Below, piece after piece: positions 39,829 to 49,164 of a stretch of 64,000 nucleotides of DNA (positions within the stretch are counted from its first letter, which is position 1; each line of letters begins with the position of its first letter). The notes under the pieces were generated by a model. That model was not told the DNA's origin, did not search any database, and saw only the letters and a program-made list of their open reading frames with translations. The stretch is from Armatimonadota bacterium (lineage in GTDB: Bacteria > Armatimonadota > Fimbriimonadia > Fimbriimonadales > Fimbriimonadaceae). Both the position numbers and the translations under genes were made by a program. The stretch spans positions 1-64,000 of the forward strand of contig JANNQV010000039.1 in assembly GCA_031400935.1 (NCBI GenBank), read 5' to 3'.

Positions 39829-41019
39829 ATGATCTCAACTTTGCTTGCCACATTAGCTACCGGATTTCTTCCGACTTCGATCAAAGTCGAAGGCGGAGGT
39901 TACTTGCGATTCGCGTTAGAAGGTCGAATCGTGTACTCAAAGACGGCAAATCTTGTCTCACGAGATGGCAGGCTGTCGGAAGCATCTGGCGCCACAATGA
40001 TGCCGCTTTTCATTCTTCCTGAAGGCTCAAATTCAGTTCAGGTCGGCGAAGACGGAACGATTTCCATTCAAAGCGGACAAATCCGAAAGGAGTTGGGCAG
40101 ATTGACATTGGCAATGTTTTCCGCTAGTGAATCATTGGCTTCGCAAGGTTCATACTTGGTGGCTCGAACACGTCCCAAGCTGGAATATCCTGGCGAAGGC
40201 GGTTCAGGGAAATTGGTTCATGGCAATGTGCAATCGGCAAATCAACTTATCGCTTCCAAACCGCCAACCGCCAACCGCCAACCGCTAACCAACAACCCCA
40301 AACTCCATACCCTAAACTCTTTACCATTCCTTATCATCCCAGAAAAGGTAGTTCTTACAACTACCCGCATGACTCTGGACCAATTCGTTCAGGGGGACGT
40401 TCCGGAAAATCTAAAGGGTCGAATGCGCCTCGCCGATTTTGGAATCGCACCAAAAGGCGGATTTTCAACGAGGATCACCCGATCTCGAATAGAAACGAAA
40501 CTTCTGATGGTCGGTATTGAGCCAAAGGACGCCAGATTTCAGATTCCCGAAGTTGTCGAAGTTTGCGCACCTAGCCAAACGATTGATGCTAAGACTGTTA
40601 TTGCCGCCGCACTAAAAGCAGTATCGGAGAAGTCAGGCTCTCCAGTTGAACTCAAGGTTGAAGGAACTGTCGAGCCATATCAAGCTCCTATGGGAGCAAT
40701 TGAATTCAAAACAGATTCAATCATTGAGCGCGGGAATCAAATTCTAGTCGCAGTAGCGATTTTTGTAGACGGAAAACGGATCAACTCCAAGCAAGTTACT
40801 TTTTCAGTCGAACTTGCTCCGATTGTAATCAAAGCAGGCGATTTAGTAAAAGTCGAAATGCGAGCAAGTGGAATTTCCGTTGAAGTGACGGGCCGAGCCA
40901 AAAAAGCTGGGCGCGTGGGCGAATCAATAGAGGTCGAAGTGATGCTCGGCGAACCAGCCGTAAGGACAAGCCATTTGGCAGTCATCAAGGCTCCTGGAAA
41001 AGTGGAAGTGAAATTATGA
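39829..41019 (+). CDS. flgA: FlgA-like P-ring chaperone with an N-terminal FlgG-like rod domain
   Basis: Position between flgG and flgH; C-terminal IKAGDLVKV...GISVEVTGRA...GRVGESIEV; N-terminus resembles the FlgG D1 domain. Confidence 0.7.
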   Translation: MISTLLATLATGFLPTSIKVEGGGYLRFALEGRIVYSKTANLVSRDGRLSEASGATMMPLFILPEGSNSVQVGEDGTISIQSGQIRKELGRLTLAMFSASESLASQGSYLVARTRPKLEYPGEGGSGKLVHGNVQSANQLIASKPPTANRQPLTNNPKLHTLNSLPFLIIPEKVVLTTTRMTLDQFVQGDVPENLKGRMRLADFGIAPKGGFSTRITRSRIETKLLMVGIEPKDARFQIPEVVEVCAPSQTIDAKTVIAAALKAVSEKSGSPVELKVEGTVEPYQAPMGAIEFKTDSIIERGNQILVAVAIFVDGKRINSKQVTFSVELAPIVIKAGDLVKVEMRASGISVEVTGRAKKAGRVGESIEVEVMLGEPAVRTSHLAVIKAPGKVEVKL

Positions 41020-41630
41020 AAACGAAACTTCAGTTATTAGTTATTAACTTGTTGGTTCTTGGTACAGCCGTGAACTCAAGCGCACAAGTTCCGCCGGATG
41101 CCGAGAACCCAGGCTCGCTCTTCCCTAAAAAATTCGTGAATCCGTTCATGGATCGGACCGCCAAGGCTGAAGGCGACGTAGTGACGATTCTCATCAGCGA
41201 ATCTTCGTTGGCAACTTTTGCGGCATCAACTTCAACAAGCAAAAAAGATTCAAATGCAGTTACCGAGCTACTCGGAACATCGCTCTTCAAAGGAATCTTG
41301 CCAAGCCTCACTTCTGCCGCAACTTCAAGCGGTTCCGGTCAAGGATCAACCACCCAATCTGGGCGGCTCTCAGCAAAAATGGCCGCTGTAGTGAAAAAAG
41401 TGCTGCCGAACGGAAACTTGCTGATCGAAGGCGTTCGCCAAGTTCGCGTAAACAAGGATACACAGACTTTCTTCCTAACCGGCATTATTCGGCCAGACGA
41501 CGTGATTTCGAACAACACGATCATGAGCGAGAATATCGCCGAGGCAGAGATTCGAGTGGACGGCAAGGGCCAAATTTCAGAAAGGACTCGGAAGGGACTA
41601 ATTACGCGAATCATTGACTGGTTGTTCTAA
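41016..41630 (+). CDS. flgH: Flagellar L-ring protein FlgH
   Basis: DRTA..GDVVTI.ISE, VLPNGNLLIEG and GIIRPDD motifs. Confidence 0.92.
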   Translation: MKTKLQLLVINLLVLGTAVNSSAQVPPDAENPGSLFPKKFVNPFMDRTAKAEGDVVTILISESSLATFAASTSTSKKDSNAVTELLGTSLFKGILPSLTSAATSSGSGQGSTTQSGRLSAKMAAVVKKVLPNGNLLIEGVRQVRVNKDTQTFFLTGIIRPDDVISNNTIMSENIAEAEIRVDGKGQISERTRKGLITRIIDWLF

Positions 41631-41639
41631 GAGGCATCT

Positions 41640-42857
41640 ATGAAACTGAAACCACTAATCCTTTTTCCGCTCACCCTTGTCCTTTGTCCTTTTTCGGTTG
41701 GCCAAACGCCTCCGACATCAGGCTCAACTCAGGGTGTAGTTGATCAGAAACTTGAGCAGGCGCAACGAGACGCCGCGCTTAGAAAGGTCGAGAGTATCAA
41801 GAGAATCGGAGACTCTGGGATTGAAGTTCGAATCAAGGATATTGCCCGCTTCCGTGGAATTCGAAGCAACCAACTTCTTGGCTATGGCTTGATCGTTGGC
41901 CTTGAGGGTTCTGGCGATACAAAGTCAACGCCGTTTACGCAAACGCTTTTAGCTAACGCTATGAAGAGCGCGGGAACGATCGTTGACCCCGCTCAGCTCA
42001 AGGTGAAAAATGTTGCAGTTGTAGCGATAACAGCCGAGCTTCCGCCCTTTGCTGCACCAGGAAACAATATTGATGTAACAGTTCAATCCATTGGCGACGC
42101 CAAAAGCCTCCAAGGTGGAACGCTCTTGCAATCGCCGCTATATGCCGCATCAAGCAAAGAAACAGTCTTTGCCGTTGCACAAGGCCCTATTTCTATTGGA
42201 GGATTTTCGGCTGGCTCTGGCGGTGCTTCAGTGCAAAAAAATCAGCTTAATGTCGGAAGAATTCCTGACGGAGCCATTGTCGAAAACTCAACGCCAACCA
42301 AATTTGTGTTCGACAACAAGATGTTCCTAGAGCTTGACGACGCCGACCTGACGACCGCACAACGATTGGCAACTAAGCTCAATGAGGCTTTTCCAAACTA
42401 TCAAGCGGTGCCGCTAACGGGTGGCACGGTTCAGGTCACAATTCCGCCTGGCACGCCGCCAATCTCGGCAATGAGTTTGATCGAAATGACAAAGGTGTTT
42501 GCGGATATTCCTGCACTGGTGATCATCAACGAGCGAACAGGAACGATTGTCGTCGGAGGAAATGTCCGCATCGGGCCGGCACTTGTGGCGAAAGGAAGCC
42601 TAAACGTAAGGATAGACAAAGACCTCGTTATCAGCCAGCCAAACGCATTTGCAGCAGGCCAGACTGTCGCGGCAAACCAGACAACGGTGAAAGCAGAAGA
42701 AGATCAGGTTTCAGTTGCGTTACTTAGCGAAGTTGCGACGGTGGCCGATCTAGCTCGAATTTTTCAGGCACTCAAAGTTTCGCCAACGGACATCATTGCC
42801 ATCTTGCAAGCATTGCGAGATCAAGGCGCCCTAAAGGCAAGGATCAAAATTCAATGA
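41640..42857 (+). CDS. flgI: Flagellar P-ring protein FlgI
   Basis: RIKDI, GYGLIVGL.GSGD, KNVAVV, GDAKSLQGG and INERTGTIV motifs. Confidence 0.96.
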   Translation: MKLKPLILFPLTLVLCPFSVGQTPPTSGSTQGVVDQKLEQAQRDAALRKVESIKRIGDSGIEVRIKDIARFRGIRSNQLLGYGLIVGLEGSGDTKSTPFTQTLLANAMKSAGTIVDPAQLKVKNVAVVAITAELPPFAAPGNNIDVTVQSIGDAKSLQGGTLLQSPLYAASSKETVFAVAQGPISIGGFSAGSGGASVQKNQLNVGRIPDGAIVENSTPTKFVFDNKMFLELDDADLTTAQRLATKLNEAFPNYQAVPLTGGTVQVTIPPGTPPISAMSLIEMTKVFADIPALVIINERTGTIVVGGNVRIGPALVAKGSLNVRIDKDLVISQPNAFAAGQTVAANQTTVKAEEDQVSVALLSEVATVADLARIFQALKVSPTDIIAILQALRDQGALKARIKIQ

Positions 42858-43192
42858 GACTAGACAAAGCTTTTGAAGCAGCAATCGCTGGCGCTGAAGT
42901 TGCGCCGACGCTCGCAAAATTTCGAAAAGCGGCATCGGGAATGGAGCAAGTTTTTCTAAAACAGCTATTTTCCCAAATGCGTCAGGTTTCGCTTACGGGA
43001 GAGAAAGATTCGCACGGAATGGATATGTACAAAGACATGATGGACGACGCACTTGCTGAATCGCTGGCAAAGCGAGGCGACTTTGGAGTCGCCAAACAGC
43101 TTCAACAGGCCATGGAGCCGGGGATGTTCAGACAAGAAATAGCAAATGTCAGATTGAGGGCGAGGCGGGCGATGATGGAGGAGAAAGGATAA
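42854..43192 (+). CDS. flgJ: FlgJ rod-binding domain protein (no muramidase domain)
   Basis: MEQVFLKQLFSQMR...MYKDMMDDALA...FGVA. Confidence 0.8.
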   Translation: MRLDKAFEAAIAGAEVAPTLAKFRKAASGMEQVFLKQLFSQMRQVSLTGEKDSHGMDMYKDMMDDALAESLAKRGDFGVAKQLQQAMEPGMFRQEIANVRLRARRAMMEEKG

Positions 43193-43195
43193 GAA

Positions 43196-43335
43196 ATTTT
43201 GGATTGTGGATTTTGGATTGCCAGATTCTGCAACTCACTAAGCCAAATGTAGTATCAGTTTGCGCCAATCGCGCAGGAACGAATCCACAACCCACAATCC
43301 ACAATCCAAAATCGAGAAAGACCAATAACCAACAA
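43196..43335. repeat. Inverted heptamer arrays (TTGTGGA/TCCACAA)
   Basis: ttttggattgtggattttggatt ... aatccacaacccacaatccacaatccaaaatc. Confidence 0.7.
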
Positions 43336-43360
43336 AGATTTACAACCAACGGACTCAACT

Positions 43361-43831
43361 ATGAAAACAAGAGAACTGCAAACCTTATGGTGGGACTGGC
43401 TAAGCACCAGTGAACGCCTGCTACGGTCGCTCCATGAGCAGACCGCCGCATTATCACTTCGAGACGTTGAACGTGTCGAACGCATTCAACCTGATCTCGA
43501 CAACCTTCTCGATTCAATGAGAACGATTGATGGAAAAGCTGCGACGTGCGCTCAAAAGCTGGCCGAAGGAATGGGAACAGAACCCAACCTTCGAAGCTTG
43601 GTGCAAGTGCTTGAAAAAGCCGAAGCTCAGCAAATCCAATCCATCGCAAATCGCGTCACAGTTGTCGCTCGCCACGTTTCGACAGTCTTGGAACGAAATC
43701 GAGCGCTTCTAGAGAGCGAACTCACCTACATCAACGGCACGATGACGCTGGTCGCAAAGGCTGCAACAGAGAATCCGAGTAAATATTCGAACAAATCTCA
43801 TGCTGCTGTCCTAATGGATCAGGCTGCCTAA
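43361..43831 (+). CDS. flgN: Flagellar export chaperone FlgN
   Basis: Helical protein of about 156 aa directly upstream of flgK; N.ALL..EL.YIN motif. Confidence 0.75.
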   Translation: MKTRELQTLWWDWLSTSERLLRSLHEQTAALSLRDVERVERIQPDLDNLLDSMRTIDGKAATCAQKLAEGMGTEPNLRSLVQVLEKAEAQQIQSIANRVTVVARHVSTVLERNRALLESELTYINGTMTLVAKAATENPSKYSNKSHAAVLMDQAA

Positions 43832-43867
43832 TGCCGACAATTAACCTAGTGTAAATGCGAGGATACA

Positions 43868-45247
43868 ATGCCAGGCACCTTTCACGGAATCAATTTAGCT
43901 TCAAACGCACTGCGTGCATTCCAATACGGAATGGACATCACGGGACACAATTTGTCGAATGTGAATACTCGAGGTTACACTCGACAATCCATTGAGTTTG
44001 GAGCGAACCAGCCCACGACTTTCTGGAACGGAAAGCAATTTGCATTAGGCCAAGGCGCATCAATCAGTTCAATCAATCGAGTTCGAGACCAGTTTCTCGA
44101 TGCACGAATGCTTGGAGCCCAAGGTGAAATGGGCCGATATGAATCGCTTGCCTCTTCAATTCAGCAAGTGGAAGCAACGTTTAACGAACCCGGGCCGAAC
44201 GGCATAGGAGCTGCTTTGGACAAGTTTTTCAATGCCTTCTCGGGACTTGCATCGAATCCGAATGCGGCAGGTGTTCGACTTGAAGCTCAGCAAGCGGGCC
44301 AAACGCTAGCAAACCGAATTCGAGGCACATTTCAGAGTCTTCAAGAGCAACAAGCTGTCAATAAGACGCAAATTCTGCAAACGATCCAAGAAATTGATCA
44401 GCTAAGCAACACGATTGCCGCGATGAACGAGGAAATTCGAGGCTTTTCGGCGAGTGGCGGTGTTCCCAATGACTTGATGGATCAGCGTGATGCGGCCGTT
44501 GAGTCGCTTGGCAGATTGGTCAATATCAATACATCTCCAAGTTCGACCGGAGAAGTTATCGTTCATTTTGGAGGCTATCCTTTAGTTGATTCTGGCGGAG
44601 CACATGCGATTCCTTCAACTTTTGATGAGACGACTTTCAAGCTGAATGATGGTACGTACGATTACCCCGTTCGGTCCGGCAAGCTGTACGGTCTTTTCGA
44701 GCTTTCGAACAAGGTTACGGAATACCAAACATCTTTGAATACTTTGGCAAATACGCTTCGTACCGAAGTCAATACGATTCATAGATCGGGTTTGAACCCT
44801 AATGGAACAACCGACATCGCGTTTTTCACTGAAAATGCGATTCCACCACAGAACGGAGCCATTGATTTCGACTTGACCGCTTTGGTCAAAGCTGACGTAG
44901 ACAACATTTCGACAAGCGTAACCGGAACTGCCGGAGACGGCGGCCTTGCTCTTGCAATTTCGAACCTAAAAGGTGGCTCGCCGCTTCTAGGAGGAAAAAG
45001 CTACACCAGGTGGTACAGCGATTTCATTGGCGGAGTTGGCAGAGATGCTGCAACTGTAGCCGACGGGCTTACAACTCAAAGTGCAGTAACTCAGCAAGTG
45101 GATGCTCAAAGGCAGAGCGTAGTCGGAGTTTCGATTGACGAAGAAATGACACAGATGCTCAAATTTCAAAAAAGTTACCAAGCAGCAGCCAAAGTCCTAT
45201 CGGTTTTTGATCAAATGACCGAAGATTTAATAGCGATGATCAGGTAA
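43868..45247 (+). CDS. flgK: Flagellar hook-associated protein FlgK
   Basis: GHNLSNVNTRGYTRQ, NDLMDQRD and GVSIDEEM...YQAAAKV motifs. Confidence 0.95.
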   Translation: MPGTFHGINLASNALRAFQYGMDITGHNLSNVNTRGYTRQSIEFGANQPTTFWNGKQFALGQGASISSINRVRDQFLDARMLGAQGEMGRYESLASSIQQVEATFNEPGPNGIGAALDKFFNAFSGLASNPNAAGVRLEAQQAGQTLANRIRGTFQSLQEQQAVNKTQILQTIQEIDQLSNTIAAMNEEIRGFSASGGVPNDLMDQRDAAVESLGRLVNINTSPSSTGEVIVHFGGYPLVDSGGAHAIPSTFDETTFKLNDGTYDYPVRSGKLYGLFELSNKVTEYQTSLNTLANTLRTEVNTIHRSGLNPNGTTDIAFFTENAIPPQNGAIDFDLTALVKADVDNISTSVTGTAGDGGLALAISNLKGGSPLLGGKSYTRWYSDFIGGVGRDAATVADGLTTQSAVTQQVDAQRQSVVGVSIDEEMTQMLKFQKSYQAAAKVLSVFDQMTEDLIAMIR

Positions 45248-45265
45248 TTTCGCGAGGATAATTCG

Positions 45266-46153
45266 ATGTATCGAATCAGCACAAACTACCAATACGGTTC
45301 GTATACGCAAAATATTGCGAATACGCAACAACGGTATATGCAGGTTCAAAATCAGATTGGATCTGGTAAGCGGATTCAAAATCCGAGTGACGACCCTGCC
45401 GGCGTCGCATCATCTGTTACGATGCGCTCGCTAAAATCTGCTTCAGAGCGGTATCAGGGCAACCTAAAGGTTGGCGAAGGCGTTCTGAACTTCAGCGAAG
45501 AAGCGCTTGCAGATTCCTCTACTTTGTTCCGTCGTGCATATCAATTGGCAGTCAGCGGAGCAAATGGAGCGCTAGACCAGATAGGCCGTGAGGGCATTGT
45601 GCGCGAAATCACCGAAATGCAGAAGCGTTTGGTTTCAGTTGCAAATTCACACGGCCCAAACAACAATTATCTGTTTGCTGGGCAAATGGTTGACACTCTG
45701 CCGTTCACCCAAAACAATACGGATATCACGTATAACGGCGACACGAACCCAATTACCGTTCAAACGAGCCCATCAGAAACGATGCAAGTGAATGTAAATG
45801 CAGGGCAGATGTTTGTTGATGCTTATGCGACACTAGAATCCCTCAAAAACAATCTGCAAAGTGGAAATACCGGCGCAATCTCTGGCATTGACATTAGTGC
45901 TCTGCAAAACGTGATGCACCAGCTTGACGTGGAACGCGGAGGGATCGGTGCAAAGCTTCAACAGGTTCAAACGCTTCAAACAGATTATCAACGACGAATT
46001 GACGAGTTTTCACAAAGCATCTCAGAAGTCGAAGATGTAGATATGGCATCGGCGATCACGGAGTATCACCTTGCCGAAACCGCTTACACAGCGGCTCTAA
46101 ACGTTGCAAGCCAAGGATTCAGGCTGTCTCTAATGGACTTCATTCGTGGCTAA
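45266..46153 (+). CDS. flgL: Flagellar hook-associated protein FlgL
   Basis: GKRIQNPSDDP, YLFAG, EDVDMA and SLMDF motifs. Confidence 0.93.
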   Translation: MYRISTNYQYGSYTQNIANTQQRYMQVQNQIGSGKRIQNPSDDPAGVASSVTMRSLKSASERYQGNLKVGEGVLNFSEEALADSSTLFRRAYQLAVSGANGALDQIGREGIVREITEMQKRLVSVANSHGPNNNYLFAGQMVDTLPFTQNNTDITYNGDTNPITVQTSPSETMQVNVNAGQMFVDAYATLESLKNNLQSGNTGAISGIDISALQNVMHQLDVERGGIGAKLQQVQTLQTDYQRRIDEFSQSISEVEDVDMASAITEYHLAETAYTAALNVASQGFRLSLMDFIRG

Positions 46154-46598
46154 AATGACAAAAACTATCGAAAACACAAGATTCGGCTCGATCGAATTTG
46201 ACGACCAAGAAACTTTGCACTTTACGGAAGGGCTAGTAGGATTTCCGACTCTAACTGAATTCGTTCTAGTCGTTCATCGCGAAAACAGCCCCTTTCAATG
46301 GCTCCAATCTGTAAGTGAGCCAGGAATGGCATTTCTAGTGACCGACCCAAACCGTTACATCGAAGATTACGGCATCGAAATTGCTGACGAGGAAGCGGAA
46401 AATTTGGCTCTTACAGTAGATGGAAGCACGATGATCATGGTGACAGCGTCTATTCCCAAAGGCGATCCAACAAAGCTAAACCTGAACCTTTCCGGGCCGA
46501 TTGTTGTCAATTTGGAAAATCGCTTAGGAAAGCAGTTAATGGTTGAATCAGAAATCACGGGTGCTTTTGCCCTCGTGGAGACTGAGAAAGCAGCCTAA
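46146..46598 (+). CDS. fliW: Flagellar assembly factor FliW
   Basis: TRFG, F.EGLVGF, FQWLQS and NLSGPIVVN motifs. Confidence 0.92.
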   Translation: MAKMTKTIENTRFGSIEFDDQETLHFTEGLVGFPTLTEFVLVVHRENSPFQWLQSVSEPGMAFLVTDPNRYIEDYGIEIADEEAENLALTVDGSTMIMVTASIPKGDPTKLNLNLSGPIVVNLENRLGKQLMVESEITGAFALVETEKAA

Positions 46599-46729
46599 TT
46601 TCGCATTCTTTAGAATTTCTTTCTCGGAATGTCGATTAATGGACTTCCGAAACGACTAAAATAGTATTGTCCGCTTTGAAAATCGAGGCGGACACCTTTC
46701 GGTCAACCGAGCCAAGGAGGGCTTAGTTA

Positions 46730-46933
46730 ATGCTTGTTTTAACGCGAAAAGTACATCAGAGCATCGTAATCGGCGATGACGTCGAAGTTGTGGTGCTAGA
46801 GGTACGCGGTGAGCAAGTGCGCCTTGGCATTCGCGCCCCGAAAGACGTTGCGGTCCACCGAAAAGAGATCTACGAGCAAATTCACGAAGAAAACGTCGAG
46901 GCGACAAAGGTAAATCCGGAGGATGTTCCGTAA
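46730..46933 (+). CDS. csrA: Carbon storage regulator CsrA
   Basis: MLVLTRK...[19 protein letters not shown]. Confidence 0.97.
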   Translation: MLVLTRKVHQSIVIGDDVEVVVLEVRGEQVRLGIRAPKDVAVHRKEIYEQIHEENVEATKVNPEDVP

Positions 46934-46934
46934 C

Positions 46935-46957
46935 GTGGCTTGGGCGTCCCGCCCAAG
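46935..46957. repeat. REP-like palindrome (GTGG plus hairpin), possibly acting as a terminator
   Basis: GTGG-CTTGGGCG-TCC-CGCCCAAG immediately after the csrA stop. Confidence 0.55.
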
Positions 46958-46964
46958 TAACTCA

Positions 46965-47093
46965 AGGGTTTAGGGTAAGGGGCATGCGATGAGAAGTGAT
47001 TTCCTGCTGTCGTCAATTTGTTTGAATCCCATTAGGTTTCTTTGATTGCCTACGATGCAAACCCGATAATCCCATACCCTAAACCCCAAACCC
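46965..47093. repeat. Inverted (AGGGTTT)/(AAACCCT) heptamer arrays
   Basis: agggtttagggtaagggg ... cccataccctaaaccccaaaccct. Confidence 0.65.
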
Positions 47094-47102
47094 TCTTAGA
47101 AG

Positions 47103-47687
47103 ATGCCCCCCCTCCTCACCGCCACCAGCCTTGGGAAAAAGTTCGAAGACCGATGGGTTTTGCGAAACCTCCATATCGAACTCTCGCAGGGACAAAGTCT
47201 GATCGTCTTGGGCGCCAACGGTTCCGGCAAATCCACGCTTCTAAGACTCCTTGCCGGCCTGCTCGCTCCGTCTACGGGAACTATTGATCGCCCCAAGCCC
47301 GAAAACACCGCAATCGGATATTTCGCATTGGATATGCGGGTGTACGCAAGCCTCACGGTTCGTGAGCACCTAGTTTTGGCAGGAGAGCTTCGCGATATTC
47401 CGCCCGAAGCAGAAAAATGGATCGAAAGAATTGGGCTTCAAGATGCAGCAGATCGTTACGCTGGGCAGCTTTCTACTGGTATGCGTTCGCGCCTGAAATT
47501 GGCTTTGGCGGCGCAGTCGTCCCCTCGGCTCATCCTTCTAGATGAGCCGAGCGCAGGGCTGGATGAAGAAGGCCGGGAACTGGTTCTGAGTTTGGTGAAG
47601 GAACAGCTAAATCATGGAGCGGTGGTCCTTGCTACCAACGATTTGCAAGAAATCGCAATGGGAACTCATGAACTCAGGATTGGGTGA
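47103..47687 (+). CDS. ABC ATP-binding protein, CcmA-like
   Basis: GANGSGKST, LSTGMRSR and LLDEP motifs; short single NBD. Confidence 0.8.
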   Translation: MPPLLTATSLGKKFEDRWVLRNLHIELSQGQSLIVLGANGSGKSTLLRLLAGLLAPSTGTIDRPKPENTAIGYFALDMRVYASLTVREHLVLAGELRDIPPEAEKWIERIGLQDAADRYAGQLSTGMRSRLKLALAAQSSPRLILLDEPSAGLDEEGRELVLSLVKEQLNHGAVVLATNDLQEIAMGTHELRIG

Positions 47688-47720
47688 AGGGTCGAACGGG
47701 ACAAAGTTTTTCCTGTCTTT

Positions 47721-49040
47721 TCAAATTCGGTCACTCTTTGCAAGGTTGCATCTTCGACAAAGTAGCTGAACGTTGTTTACGCTGGTCGCCCCACCTTTCG
47801 AAAATGGAATGATGTGATCAAATTCCAAGTACTCTGTGTTTCCACACTCCACACATCGTCCACCGTCTCTAGACCAAACTGTTGATCGAATGTCTTGAGA
47901 GACTGCCCTTGAAGCCGATTGCTGGACTATCCGATGCCGGAGATGGAACTCAAGTGCTGCTTTTGCAACCTCGACCAAATAGAAAGCATGATCTGATTGG
48001 TAAACACCTGTTCCGTGGCGTCTAGCTAGTTGTAATTCAAAATGGTTCGGCGGAAAGAATGTAATTCCATGCACTTTTGAAAGTGCCACTTCAAATGGCG
48101 AATCTGTCTGCGTGAAGATCAACCTACTGTTTGTTACAAGAAAAAGACCGTGATGGTGGCGGACACTAGCTGTGAGTTCTCTAGAAAAAATCGCCGCGAC
48201 CTCAATGTGTGCTATTTCTCCTGACGGAAGCATGACAGATGGAGTTACCTTTGGAAGTTTGCCTGACTGGAGTTCGCGTAGAAAAGCATAGTGTTGTACC
48301 TGCCTCATCAGGGGTGCAATTTGGTGTTCCGATAGGCTTACTGCTTGCCTATACTCATGAAATACGCGTTCCTCTTCAATTGCAAGATGTCCATCTTGTA
48401 GAAGAAACGTCAATACACGCTGAAGAAATGCGGTGGTAACGTCAGCGGTCCTTGAAAGGGCAAGGGATTGGTCTATGCCGATTGAGTTTGCACGCTCGGA
48501 AATACGAGACGCTAATTGACCAGGCGTTTCATTCCAGAGCGCAAATTCTCGCTGCAATGCATTACGAAATCGTTCAATTTTTTCTTGAACCATCGTGGCA
48601 CATTGATTACAGTAATCTTGCGAATCTCTATTCCTTGCTTTTGCCCCTAAGAATCCAAACGCAGCGTTACACTGAGTACAACTCTTCCCATCAGAATTTG
48701 GCTTTGTCAATCTTGGTGGTGCTCCAATAGCCGTTGAACGATTCGGTATTTCAAGCCTGATTTGCGATTGACCAATTCTGATTTTATCGCCCGGTCTAAT
48801 CTCAAACTTCAAGTTCGACTGCACGGGAACTTCATTGATGAATGTTCCATCTGAAGATCCAAGATCTCTTATAGTGACTTTTCCACCCAAGTTGGACAGT
48901 TCTAAGTGACTTGTTGAAACAGTAGGGTCGTTAGCAAAACACCAAGGTGATTGCGGGCCTCTGCCAAACGTAATGGTTCCTTCAGAGATATCGCGTGTTT
49001 CGCCAGTATGTGGTCCACTTTCTAATACCAATCGATACAT
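47721..49040 (-). CDS. FHA domain - Zn ribbon - PH-like - HNH endonuclease
   Basis: FGR..VSTSH..DLGSSDGTFIN (FHA); CxxC..CxxC; RDGGRCVECG..DHIIPFSKGG..N.QLLCRRCN (HNH). Confidence 0.85.
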   Translation of the reverse strand: MYRLVLESGPHTGETRDISEGTITFGRGPQSPWCFANDPTVSTSHLELSNLGGKVTIRDLGSSDGTFINEVPVQSNLKFEIRPGDKIRIGQSQIRLEIPNRSTAIGAPPRLTKPNSDGKSCTQCNAAFGFLGAKARNRDSQDYCNQCATMVQEKIERFRNALQREFALWNETPGQLASRISERANSIGIDQSLALSRTADVTTAFLQRVLTFLLQDGHLAIEEERVFHEYRQAVSLSEHQIAPLMRQVQHYAFLRELQSGKLPKVTPSVMLPSGEIAHIEVAAIFSRELTASVRHHHGLFLVTNSRLIFTQTDSPFEVALSKVHGITFFPPNHFELQLARRHGTGVYQSDHAFYLVEVAKAALEFHLRHRIVQQSASRAVSQDIRSTVWSRDGGRCVECGNTEYLEFDHIIPFSKGGATSVNNVQLLCRRCNLAKSDRI

Positions 49041-49164
49041 CTAACTGATTACCACCGGAATGCGATCGTACCCGCCCTGGTGACATACATGGCAGGAGCA
49101 ATGCAATTGATCTGATAACCCCTGAATTGCGAATTACCATGGGTGCTCATGTAGCTTTGAAAAC

